Source: an uncultured delta proteobacterium
GTDB taxonomy: Bacteria > Myxococcota_A > Polyangia > Polyangiales > JAFGIB01
NCBI GenBank assembly: GCA_963778655.1
Contig: CAVZVA010000009.1
Location: forward strand, 544,001-608,000
Direction: 5' to 3'
DNA length: 64,000 nucleotides
The translations under genes were made by a program, and so were the position numbers. Positions 8,103 to 18,100 of this stretch are shown piece by piece. How positions within the stretch are numbered: position 1 is the stretch's first letter; every line of letters begins with the position of its first letter. Under the pieces are notes generated by a model. The model did not search any database and was not told the origin of the DNA. It was given only the letters and a program-made list of their open reading frames with translations.

Positions 8103-11100
8103 CCCTCGGTGACATCGCCGTCCTGGCCAAAGTCCCCCACTTCAGCGGCGTCTCGATGAACGACGTCACCTTGCTCTCGGAGCTGCTGACCGTCGCCGAG
8201 TACGGCGATGGAGAGCGGCTGATCCGGGAGGGCGACACCGACGATGAGATCTTCATCCTGCTCTCGGGCGAGGTACGGGTCACAAGTGGCCGCCCGAGCC
8301 ACGAACAGGAGCTGAGCCGCATGGGCCCCGGCGACATGCTGGGCCTGCTCGCGCTGGTCGACAACGCGCCCCGCTCGGCATCTTGCATCGCCGTCGGCGG
8401 CGTGCGCGCCGCCCGCCTCACGCGCGAGGCCTATCGAAAGGCGAGCACCGGCAGCCCGGCGCTCGCGCTCGCCTTCCATCGCGCCCTCGGGGCCCAGCTC
8501 GCGCGGGACTACCGCACGGTCGCCGCCCTGCTGGAGGCCGAGCTCCCGACTGCGGAGCGCCGAGCTGATCGCCCGACGTCGGCGGAGGCCACGGACTGCG
8601 ACGTGGCCGTCCTCGGCGCGGGTCCGCTGGGCATGATGTATGCCCAGTGGCTGCGACGCATGTACCCGGGTGCCCGCGTGGTCATGCTCGAACGCCGCGA
8701 CATCCCCGGTTACAAGATCGGTGAGAGCACGCTGTCCACCACCGTTCGGGCCTTCCTGGACATGGGCTTCACCATGCCGCAGCTGCGCCGCCTGTTCGGC
8801 AACAAGACCGGGATCCGCTTCTTTTGGGTCGGGCCCGAGTCGGAACGACCGGAGCGAGAGGTGGACGTCGTGGACCTGGAGGAAACTTTCCAGGTCGAGC
8901 GCCGCGTGTTCGAGCTGGCGCTCCAGCGCCTCACTCGCGAGGCCGGCATCGAGATCCGTACCGGCACCCAGGTGGAGATCGAGAGCAGCGACCTCGATGG
9001 CGTGGTCAAGAGGCTTGACTGCGTAGGCCCCCACGGCGAGTACGCGCTGACGGCGAAGATCATCTGTGACGCCACCGGCCCGGCGGCGGTGCTGCCCCGT
9101 CACCTCGGCTTGTACCGCAAGGATCCGTCGCTGCACGACAGCTTCCAGACGAACTGCTACTTCGCCTACTTCCGCCAGAAGAAGCCCGTGCCGCTCTTGC
9201 GCTGGCAGGACCCGGCGACGCGCCACCTGTGCATGCCCCAGGGCTGGGTGTGGTTCATCACGCTGCACTCCTGGGAGTCGGCCGACGACCAGACGATCGC
9301 CGCGCTCGTGAACGACGTCATGGACCACAGCTCGCCCGACGATGCCGATCTGCCGTCACGGCGAGACCTCGCGAGCCGGCACGGCGCCGAGTTTTCGCTG
9401 CTCACCTCGATCGGCATCACCGTGCGCGAGGATATGGACACGGCGTTGGACCTTCCCATCGAGCAGCGCTTCCAGCACTACGTGCAGCGTTACCCCGCGT
9501 TCGGGTGGATCATGGAGCACTACGAGCTCGTGGAGCAGCCGTACCGGGAGAAGCGGCGTCCCTATGCGGCCTTCCTGGGTCTTGCCCACGACTGCACCCA
9601 GATCGCGGGAGATGGGTGGGTCGCGATCGGTGACTCCGCGCAGTTCAGCAATCCGTTGTTCAGCCACGGGCTCAACTACGGGAGTGGCACCGCCTACATG
9701 GCGGCGGTCAGCAGCGCTGAGGCCCTGGCCAGCGGGGACACCAGCCGCGCCGCTTTCTCCGCCTACGAACGCTACGGCCGCGAGACCTATCCCGTTTTGC
9801 TGCGGGAGACCGATTTTTTCTATCGCTCCTGGGCCCACCCCGACGGATTCGAGCGCACGCTGATGGCGAAGTTCCATTTTGGCGCGCTCGACGTGACGCA
9901 ACGCGAGTCGTACAGCGAGACCGACCCCTGGGTCTTCGATCTGCTCAACCCCGAATGGCTGGCGTTGATGGAGCGCGTTCGCGAGGTGGAGAAGCGCTAC
10001 GAGGCCGCAGGCGATGCGGACGGGCTCGCGGCGGCGATCGCCGCCATCGTGGATCCCTTCAACGCCATCTGCCGACAGAAGGCAAAGCAGCTCGGCCTCG
10101 ACTATGGAGAGATCTTCACCAACTACGACGGAGAAGGTCGACGACTCGAGGGCAGGGACAAGCCGCGTGGCTTCTTCAACGGGTATCAGTGCCCCACCTG
10201 CATGCTCTGGCAGGACGACACGCTCGAGCGCTGCCCCATCTGCGCCACGGCGAACGCACGGCGTCACGTGCCGACGCAGTCCGCGCGGGAGAACGATTCC
10301 GACCAGGCGCCCGTGCTGCAGTCGACAGAACGAGCCGAGGACCGCGGCGGCGCTGCGAGCACGCGCCCGAGCAATGAACCCGACGGCAGGCCGAGCACGC
10401 TCGAGGCCGATCGCGCCAACCGCCGGCGCTTCCGGTCCCTGCGGGTTGCGGCGATTCGGGAAGAGACCGCCACCGCCCGCTCGCTCGTGTTCGAGGTCCC
10501 GGAGCAGGAGCGGGAGCAGTTCCGTTACGCGCCTGGCCAGTTCCTGACGTTGCAGGTCGAGATCGACGGCGAGCCGCTGAATCGGTGCTACTCGCTGTCC
10601 AGCGTGCCGAGCGCGGGCGAGCCACCCACCATCACGGTGAAGCGCATCGCTGGTGGCAGGGTGTCCAATTGGCTCTGCGATCGCGTGAAGGTGGGCGAGA
10701 GGCTCGACGTGCTGCCACCCGACGGTCGCTTCACGGTGCCGGACCGCCCCGGAGACCTGTTCCTGTTCGCCGCCGGCAGCGGGATCACACCGGTGTGGTC
10801 GATCGCGCAAGAGGCGCTCGTGACCACTCCCCGCAACGTCCGCCTGCTCTACGTGAATCGAAGCGTAGAGGAGACCATCTTTCGTGGTGCAATCACGGAG
10901 CTCCGCAATCGAGCCGCCCGCCGGTTCAAGTTGATCGAGCGCATCGGCAGGCGCGAAGGCCGGCTGGACACGCGGGACGTGCAGGCCTACTGCGACGGCC
11001 AGACCCGGGGTCTGTTCTTCGTTTGCGGGCCGTGGGGATTCATGGACGTGGTCGAGGAAGGCCTGCTCGACATGGGCGTCGCGCCCGAAGACCTGCACGT

Positions 11101-11443
11101 GGAGCGCTTCGCCTCGCCGCTGAAGGACCGCGCCGTGCTCGCGCCAGCGGCGCAGCACGGCGAGCTGCCTGCCAGCCTGGTCACATTCGATCTGTTCGGC
11201 GTGGAGCACCAGCTGCGTTGCGCTCCGGACCAGACGCTCACCGAGGCTGCCTTCGCGGCGGGCGTTGCAGTGCCGACGTCGTGCGAGGAGGGCTACTGCG
11301 GCACCTGCATCGGCCGACTGACGGAAGGGAAAGTGGAGTGCGCGGTCGACGACGCCCTGTCCAAGGGCCAGAAGAAGCGCGGCTTCGTGCTGGCCTGTCA
11401 GGCTAAGCCCCGCAGCGCCTCACTCCGCGTCATATTCGAATAG
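8096..11443 (+). CDS. Multidomain fusion: CNB domain + flavin-dependent halogenase-like domain + Cys4 knuckle + ferredoxin-NAD(P) reductase/[2Fe-2S]
   Basis: CNB: GERLIREGD..FILLSGEV..GPGDMLG..PRSASC. Halogenase-like: VLGAGPLG, KIGES, NKTG, DATG, GWVWFIT, GDSAQFSNPLFSHG. Knuckle: CPTC-x10-CPIC. Reductase: RCYSLSS, GGRVSNWL, AAGSGITP, VCGP, CEEGYCGTC..LAC. Purine-rich RBS before ATG 8096. Confidence 0.88.
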   Translation: MLTLGDIAVLAKVPHFSGVSMNDVTLLSELLTVAEYGDGERLIREGDTDDEIFILLSGEVRVTSGRPSHEQELSRMGPGDMLGLLALVDNAPRSASCIAVGGVRAARLTREAYRKASTGSPALALAFHRALGAQLARDYRTVAALLEAELPTAERRADRPTSAEATDCDVAVLGAGPLGMMYAQWLRRMYPGARVVMLERRDIPGYKIGESTLSTTVRAFLDMGFTMPQLRRLFGNKTGIRFFWVGPESERPEREVDVVDLEETFQVERRVFELALQRLTREAGIEIRTGTQVEIESSDLDGVVKRLDCVGPHGEYALTAKIICDATGPAAVLPRHLGLYRKDPSLHDSFQTNCYFAYFRQKKPVPLLRWQDPATRHLCMPQGWVWFITLHSWESADDQTIAALVNDVMDHSSPDDADLPSRRDLASRHGAEFSLLTSIGITVREDMDTALDLPIEQRFQHYVQRYPAFGWIMEHYELVEQPYREKRRPYAAFLGLAHDCTQIAGDGWVAIGDSAQFSNPLFSHGLNYGSGTAYMAAVSSAEALASGDTSRAAFSAYERYGRETYPVLLRETDFFYRSWAHPDGFERTLMAKFHFGALDVTQRESYSETDPWVFDLLNPEWLALMERVREVEKRYEAAGDADGLAAAIAAIVDPFNAICRQKAKQLGLDYGEIFTNYDGEGRRLEGRDKPRGFFNGYQCPTCMLWQDDTLERCPICATANARRHVPTQSARENDSDQAPVLQSTERAEDRGGAASTRPSNEPDGRPSTLEADRANRRRFRSLRVAAIREETATARSLVFEVPEQEREQFRYAPGQFLTLQVEIDGEPLNRCYSLSSVPSAGEPPTITVKRIAGGRVSNWLCDRVKVGERLDVLPPDGRFTVPDRPGDLFLFAAGSGITPVWSIAQEALVTTPRNVRLLYVNRSVEETIFRGAITELRNRAARRFKLIERIGRREGRLDTRDVQAYCDGQTRGLFFVCGPWGFMDVVEEGLLDMGVAPEDLHVERFASPLKDRAVLAPAAQHGELPASLVTFDLFGVEHQLRCAPDQTLTEAAFAAGVAVPTSCEEGYCGTCIGRLTEGKVECAVDDALSKGQKKRGFVLACQAKPRSASLRVIFE

Positions 11444-11546
11444 GCCTATCGGGATACGCCCCGCTCCAAGCGCGGGACAGCAAGACCGGCGGGCGCGCGC
11501 CGCAGGCGCGCTTGCTTCTCAATCCTGCGGGTGCGAAAGGAGAGGC

Positions 11547-12920
11547 ATGATTGAAGGACCGATCACGGGCGGTAAGCACGGCTGGGCATTCGGTCGACCG
11601 CTTTTCGATCTCGCCACGCGCGGCTACCTCGAGGAAGAGTTCTTCATCGCGGGCGAAGCGACCACCTACCGCCCGGTCGCGGGCGCCGACTGGGGCCGCG
11701 ACGGCCAGTGGCGGGCCGAGCCCAAAGGCGACATGCCCTTCAAGACCCGCTTCCTGGTCTACCGGCCAGCCGACCCGAAGACATTCAACGGCACCGTGAT
11801 CGTCTGCTGGAACAATGTGACCGCCGGTTATGAGCTCTTCCATGGCGAGAGCCCCGAGATTCTCGAGGGCGGTTACGCCTACGTCGGCGCCAGCGTGCAA
11901 CGCGTCGGCGTTCACGGCTTTGCGGCCAATCCGCAGGGCCTCGCGGCGTGGGATCCCGAACGCTACGGCGAGCTCAGCATTCCGACCGACGCCGGCTCCT
12001 ATGGCATCTACGCTCAGGTGGGGCGCGCGGTCGGCCCCGACCGCGACCGCTCCGGCCTCGATCCGCTCGGCGGCCTGGATGTGAGGAAGGTGATCGCCAT
12101 TGGAGCCTCGCAATCCGCCGGCCGCCTGGCAACGTACGTGAACGCGATCCATCCGCTCGACCCAGTTTTCGATGGCTTCATGCTGCAGATCTACTTCGGC
12201 GCGGGCGCGCCGCTGGAAGGCGACAGAATCCTCGCGCTGTCGCAGCGGCCCGCACCGGCCCGCGTGCCGCGCGGCGCCAATCTGATCCGGGAGCTCGATG
12301 TGCCGGCGATGATCGTGAACTCCGAGCTCGAAGCGATCGCCTGTTACCGCGTACGCCAGCCGGACACCGATCGCTTCGTCACCTGGGAATCTGCCGGGAC
12401 CACGCACGTCCCGGTTCAGACTCAGCTCCTGCGCAACAGGAAGTACGAGCGTGAGAACGGCGTCGTGCCGGCCCCTCCGCAGAGCATGAACCGAATCGCG
12501 CTCATCCCGTACTACGACGCCGCGCTGCACCATCTCAAGCGCTGGGTCGATGGCGGCGCTCCGCCGCCCAGTCAGCCGCAGCTCGAATTCGCTGGCGAGG
12601 GGCCGGAGCTCGTGCGCGACGCGCACGGCATCGCGAAGGGTGGCATTCGCCTGCCGCAAGTCGATGCGCCGGTGGCGACCAACAGCTCGATTCCGATCAC
12701 CAACGACTTCTCCGGCTCCTTGCGCGGCTCCAACCGGCCCTTTGGCGCCGCCAAGCTCGACGCGCTCTATGGCGGCGAGGCGAAGTACCTCGCGCGCTTC
12801 GAAGGGGCGGCACAGCGCGCGGTCCAGGCCGGCGTCATGCTTCCGCGCGACGTCGCGCCGGCCCTGGAGGAAGCCACGCAGGAGTACCGGCGCTCGTACG
12901 CGACGACGGCGGCGAGCTAA
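11547..12920 (+). CDS. Alpha/beta-hydrolase-domain protein (Abhydrolase_10-like)
   Basis: GYLEEEFFIAG..TRFLVYRP..FNGTVIVCWNNV..GASQSAG nucleophile elbow..RDAHGIAKGGIRLP. Confidence 0.85.
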   Translation: MIEGPITGGKHGWAFGRPLFDLATRGYLEEEFFIAGEATTYRPVAGADWGRDGQWRAEPKGDMPFKTRFLVYRPADPKTFNGTVIVCWNNVTAGYELFHGESPEILEGGYAYVGASVQRVGVHGFAANPQGLAAWDPERYGELSIPTDAGSYGIYAQVGRAVGPDRDRSGLDPLGGLDVRKVIAIGASQSAGRLATYVNAIHPLDPVFDGFMLQIYFGAGAPLEGDRILALSQRPAPARVPRGANLIRELDVPAMIVNSELEAIACYRVRQPDTDRFVTWESAGTTHVPVQTQLLRNRKYERENGVVPAPPQSMNRIALIPYYDAALHHLKRWVDGGAPPPSQPQLEFAGEGPELVRDAHGIAKGGIRLPQVDAPVATNSSIPITNDFSGSLRGSNRPFGAAKLDALYGGEAKYLARFEGAAQRAVQAGVMLPRDVAPALEEATQEYRRSYATTAAS

Positions 12921-12993
12921 ATGACCGATCACACCGATCACGATTCGGCAGCGGCCCTATCGATCGGTTAGTTAGCGGTCCGTCCGCCGCTCT

Positions 12994-13707
12994 TCACGGG
13001 TGCATCGCCTCGCTCGGGGCGGCCCGCTCGGTGAGCGAAGTCCAGGTCGCTTCGTCCACGACGCGTTGCTTGAAGGTGGCGTGGCAGTTGGTGCAGGTCG
13101 CGAGCGTGTGGGTGAGCGCGGTCAACACGGCGGTGGCGTCGTGGTGCTTGGCGGCTTGGGCGATGGTGTCTGCGGTGTGGTGGAACTCGAGCGCGGCTTG
13201 CGTGAACCCCGGGGCGCCAGCGCCCATGTGGGTGCACATCTGGCCCATCTGCTCGGAGTAGCCGATGCGGCGCGCGGCCTTCTCGACGGCGTCGAAGTCC
13301 TTGACCGCCAGCGCGGCGGTGATGTCCTGCACCGCGCGCAGATGATCGCGCATGTTCTGCTTCTGATGGTTGGCCATCATCGGCACCAGCGGCACCGGTT
13401 TGCGCGTGTCCATGCTGTCGAGCATGGTCTGCGCGCCCGAGGGCGGCGCCTGCTCGGCCGCTGCAGCGGGCGTGCTGCTCGAAGCCGGCGCCGAGCCGCT
13501 CGAAGTGGCCGAGCTGCCCGAAGGCTCGCCCCCCTTGCTCGAAGCCGGCGCTGCCACAGCTTGCTTCGCCGCGTCCCCAGCCGCGCCTCTGCCTCTGCAG
13601 GCGCTGGCCGTCGCGACCGCGAGCACCGCCAGCGCGACGACCGCCTGCCAGCGCGCCCCGCCGCCAACGGCCCCTCCTGACACGCGCGACCGGATGCTCG
13701 TCTTCAC
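12994..13707 (-). CDS. Class II (cytochrome c'-like) c-type cytochrome, probable lipoprotein; start uncertain
   Basis: Helical body with C-terminal CTNCHATF (CxxCH); N-terminal LAVLAVATASAC lipobox-like. Confidence 0.8.
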   Translation of the reverse strand: MKTSIRSRVSGGAVGGGARWQAVVALAVLAVATASACRGRGAAGDAAKQAVAAPASSKGGEPSGSSATSSGSAPASSSTPAAAAEQAPPSGAQTMLDSMDTRKPVPLVPMMANHQKQNMRDHLRAVQDITAALAVKDFDAVEKAARRIGYSEQMGQMCTHMGAGAPGFTQAALEFHHTADTIAQAAKHHDATAVLTALTHTLATCTNCHATFKQRVVDEATWTSLTERAAPSEAMHP

Positions 13708-13726
13708 AACACAACCAGTGCTCGGA

Positions 13727-13752
13727 TGGTGGAGGCAGCGGGAGTCGAACCG
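13727..13752 (-). other. Isolated tmRNA/tRNA-Ala-type 3' end fragment (possible att scar)
   Basis: Minus strand reads CGGTTCGACTCCCGCTGCCTCCACCA: T-loop, acceptor 3' strand with U70, discriminator A and CCA. No matching 5' half was found. Confidence 0.7.
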
Positions 13753-14065
13753 CTGCCCGAGTGTTGCGCCATCTAGACGCCGGCACAAGGTTTCCCGCGC
13801 AACACGCCGAAAACGCGGAGAAAACGCAGCGGGATGGGTGTTCCGTTTCGTTCCCTCGGGTTCCGCCTGGCCGGTTCGAGCGGCTTGAGCGGCTGGCGCG
13901 CGCTCCCGCTCTTGCGCGTTGGGCGACGTACATCAAGTGTTACCCGTAGGGCTGAAAGACCTACCCCACGCGACTAGCGGTCCCAATCGACGCAATGATC
14001 GATGGCAAGAAGCGACTCAGCGGAAGGAAGTTGGTGGTCGCCCCAATCCTTCGCGAGGAGGTCTC

Positions 14066-14731
14066 ATGTCCGTGCGCTCGCTTGGTCTGCAGGTTTGGTT
14101 TGGCGTCGCGCTCGCAGCATGGCTCGGCGCGGGCTGCGCCAGCAACAGCAAGTCCGGCACTGACGCCAGCGCGTCTGACACCGGTAGCCCCGGCGGCGCA
14201 GGCAGCGGCACGGCTGCCGCCGGCGAGATGGGTCAGGCAGGCGTCGGCAGCATCGCCGGGCCGAGCGGCACGGCGGGCATGAGCGGTTCGAGCGGCATGA
14301 GCGGCACCGCAGGCACGAGCGAGTCGAGCGGTACGGGCGGCAGGTTAGGCGCGGGTGGGTCGAGTGGCACCGGCGGCACCTCAGGCGCGGGCGAGTCGAG
14401 TGGCACCGGCGGCACCACGAGCGCGAGCGGGTCGAGTGACACGGGCGGCAGCACAGGCGCGAGCGGGTCGAGCGGCACGGGCGGCAGCACAGGCGCGAGC
14501 GGGTCGAGTGGCACCGGCGGCACCGGGGGCGCTCCAGGCAGCGCTGGCACCGGCACTGGCGGCAGCGATGCCAGCGGGACGGGCAGCGGAGCGCGAGACC
14601 CCAACGGTCCGTGCAAAGACCTGGACCTCCTCTGCTTCGATGTCTTCGACATGTTCATACTCAATCCCGAATGCGCAACCTGCAACGGCGGTATGGGCTG
14701 CCAGGACTGCGTGTTGTTTCAAGCGATCTGA
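14066..14731 (+). CDS. Gly/Ser/Thr-rich lipoprotein with small six-Cys C-terminal domain
   Basis: GAGGAGG RBS; VALAAWLGAGC lipobox; 12-aa GGxTGASGSSGT repeats; tail PCKDLDLLCFD..ECATCNGGMGCQDC. Confidence 0.8.
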   Translation: MSVRSLGLQVWFGVALAAWLGAGCASNSKSGTDASASDTGSPGGAGSGTAAAGEMGQAGVGSIAGPSGTAGMSGSSGMSGTAGTSESSGTGGRLGAGGSSGTGGTSGAGESSGTGGTTSASGSSDTGGSTGASGSSGTGGSTGASGSSGTGGTGGAPGSAGTGTGGSDASGTGSGARDPNGPCKDLDLLCFDVFDMFILNPECATCNGGMGCQDCVLFQAI

Positions 14732-14809
14732 TTCAGGCGTTGGGCTGCCCCGACACCCTCGACGGGGCCCTGCCAATCGCAACCCACCTGCCCAACGAAT
14801 CCTAAGCGA

Positions 14810-14839
14810 GTGACCAATGGTAACCATTGGTGACCAGCG
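14810..14839. promoter_or_regulatory. Candidate operator: three 10-bp direct repeats containing a perfect 9-1-9 palindrome
   Basis: GTGACCAATG GTAACCATTG GTGACCAGCG; ACCAATGGT-A-ACCATTGGT at 14813-14831. Confidence 0.5.
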
Positions 14840-15147
14840 CGGCACGCGCACGGCGCCCGCGGGCCGCTATGTCGAGCCTTGAAGCGCGACTGTCCACAGC
14901 CTGCTAAGGCTTGGAAATGCCTAACCATTCCGAGCCGCGCCTTGCCCCTCCGATCGCGGCGGGACAAAGTCTGGGCATCGGCGAGGGCGCGGCGACGAGT
15001 CACATGCGTTCGCCGCGGCTTCGAGACGGCTTTCATTTCGCGATTGCATCGTCCCAGGTTTGCATTTAGACCAGCCCAACGCATCCTGAGCCCCAACGTG
15101 GCGCAGGTTTGCCGATTCGCGATTTCGTCTACGCTGCGCCAGTTGCG

Positions 15148-18100
15148 ATGTCGATCGAACCCGAGCTGTCGGTAGCGTCGTTCGCGCCACAGGGGAACGG
15201 TCTTGCAGCGGCCGATGCGGAGCTGCAGCAGAGCCGCCCGAGACAGCGAGCGCTTTGCCTCGGCGACCTCGTGCTCGACGGGGTTCGTTTCGAGCTTCGG
15301 CGCGGGCAAGAACGGCTTCCGGTCCAGCCCCGGGTCTTGCAGCTGCTGCTTCATCTGGTCGAGCACCGTGACCGTCCGGTCCCCGATGAAGAGCTGCTGC
15401 GCGTGGTGTGGCCCGACGAGTGCGTGACTCGAGCTTCGATCAAGCGTGCCGTCCACGGCGCGCGCAAGGCGCTAGGCGATGACGGCGAGTCGCAGCTGAG
15501 CATCCGCACGGTGAGGGGCCGAGGTTACCAATTCGTGCTTCCGGTCTCGGAGTACGAGCCCCAGCTTTCGGAGCCTCCAGACAGTGCGCCATCTCGAGCG
15601 GCGACAAGCACCCCGCCGCCCAACGCCGGCGCGCCGATGCGGGATGCTTTCGTCGGCCGGCGCAGTGCGCTCGCCATGCTCGAGGCGAGCGCGCGCGACG
15701 CATTCAACGGCCACTGCCGAATGCTGCTGCTGATCGGAGAGCCCGGCATCGGCAAGACACGGACGCTGGTCGAGCTTGGGCATCGAGCGGCAATGGCGGG
15801 CGGAGACACGTGGTTCGGTCATTGCATCGAAGACGAAGGGGCGCCGGCGTTCTGGCCCTGGACTCAAGTTCTGCGCGACTGTGAACGCGATCGCGGTTCG
15901 CGGGACCTGATCGCGTTGATGGGCAAGAGTGTCGCGGACATTGCGGAAGGCATCCCGGAGCTCCGCGAATGGCTGCCGGACCTGCCGCTTGCACCTTCGA
16001 TCGGCGAACAATCGGCGCGCTTTCGCTTCTTCGATGGCGTCGTCGCCTTCCTCAAGCGCGCCGCCGAGCAGCGTCCGATTGCGCTGCTGTTCGACGACCT
16101 CCAGCGCGCGGATCAACCGACTCTGCGCTTGCTCTCATTCGTCGCTCGGAACCTGGACAATTCGCGCGTGCTGATTGCGTGCTCCATGAGACCAATCGCG
16201 TCCCAGCCCGTCGCCGTCCGTGAGTCGATCACGACCTTCATTCAACAGGTCCCCGCCACATACGTCGAGCTCCAGGGTCTGAGCCGGCAGGATGTCGATG
16301 AGTTCCTCGAGCTGCGGGTGGGTCAGCGTGGTCCGGAAGCGGTCGTGGACCAACTGCACCAGCTCACCGGCGGCAGCCCGTTGTTCTTGCAGCAGATCGC
16401 ATACGGCTGGCAGACGAGCGGACGGCTCGATGGCGCCATCGACTGGGGACAGCTGCCTTCGACCACGTACGGCCAAGGTCTGGCCGGCAGCATCGCGCAG
16501 CGCATCGGCGTGATCGCGCCGCCGACGCTTGAGGTATTGCGCGTCGCGGCCGTGCTGGGCTCCGAGTTCAGTGTAGCTCGACTCGCACGGCTGCTTGGGA
16601 CCGGTGCCGCTGTGGTGTTGCCAGAGCTCGGCGCTGCCAAGGCTGCGGGTGTCGTCCGTGAGGTCCCGAACGCGATCGGAACGTTTTGCTTCGCGCACGG
16701 GTTGATCCGCAATGCATTGTACGAGCAGCTTGGTGTCGACGCGCGCGCCGCTCTCCATGGAAAGGCCGGCACCCTGCTCGAGGCTGAGGCGCCTTCCGCG
16801 GACGCCGGCGTGCCGGAGCTGGCGCACCACTTCGCGCAAGCCTGGCCAGCGCACGACGCGGGTAAGGCGCTGCCCTACGCGCTGCGGGCAGCGGAAGCGG
16901 CGACGAGGCGTTTGGCGTACGAGGAAGCAGTCGGCCACCTGGATCGCGCATTGCACATCCACGCGAACGGCGCGGGTGATCCGGAACGGCGCATGCGCCT
17001 GCTGCTAAGCAAGGGCGAGGCGTTGAGTCACGCTGCGGAAGTTGCGCGAGCACGTGCCGCGTTGTTCGACGCGGTCGCGCTAGCCCGGCAGCTGCGCGCC
17101 ACCGACGTAATTGCGCGCGCGGCCAAGCTGATGGCGGTGGTACCCGAGTCCGGAAGCGTGGATTGGGAGCAAATCGGCCTGTTGCGCGAGGCGTTGGGTG
17201 CGATAGCGGCCGACGATCCCGAGCGCCCGTATCTGCTGGCACTGCTCGCGAAATGCAGCACTTACTCGACAGATTCCGCTGCGCGCGAGGCGCTTGCGCT
17301 GACGGCGCTGGAACGTTCCAAACAGATCACGGATCTGCGACTGCGAGCCGAGACGTTGCAACAGTGTCACCGCGCGCTTGCCGAGCCAAAACATCTTGCC
17401 CAGCGCGAGGTCATCGGCGAAGAGCTCGTGTGCCTGGGCCACAAGAGCGGCGATCACATGGCGCTTTGGCATGCCGCCACGGCGCAAGTCCAGAACTGCC
17501 TGGAGCGCGGTGACTTCACCGGCGTCGATCGCGCCATTTCGGTGATCGAGAGTCTCGCCACGCAGATGCGCGAGCCGATGTTTCGCTGGTACCTCGCGGT
17601 CTTTCGCGCCATGCGGCACTACGTCGCAGGCCAGTTTTCGGAAGCCCAAGACCTGGCGCTCAAGGCGTTGGACATGGGCGCCTGCGTCGGCGAAGCGACC
17701 GCGCGTCACGTCTACTGCATGCAGGTCACTGGCTGGTTGCGTGTCTTGGGCCGTACGTCGGAGTGTGAGGTGCTCGTGCGCGAGATGACGCTGCGCTATC
17801 CGGCGTTGAGCGGATGGCGTTTGATGCAGGTCGGGCTCGAGGCCGATCGCGGGCGCAACGAGCCTGCCCGCCGGTTTCTCGCCCAGATCTACGACGATCC
17901 TTCGTTGATGCACGAGCCCTTCACGATGTCGCTGCTGTGCTTTCTGGCGGAGTTGGGCAGCTACTTCGGCAGCCCCGAGATGACTCGCTGGCTGTACGAG
18001 CTCATGCTTCCCTACGCCGAGCTGTGGGGAAATTGCGGATTCGGTCTCAACACCTATGGTCCGATCGGACGCCAGCTTGGCGCGCTCGCGATCCGTATCG

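Noticed and set aside
13727..14050. Complete tmRNA or tRNA gene
   Set aside because: No convincing 5' acceptor strand, D-arm or tag reading frame upstream on the minus strand.
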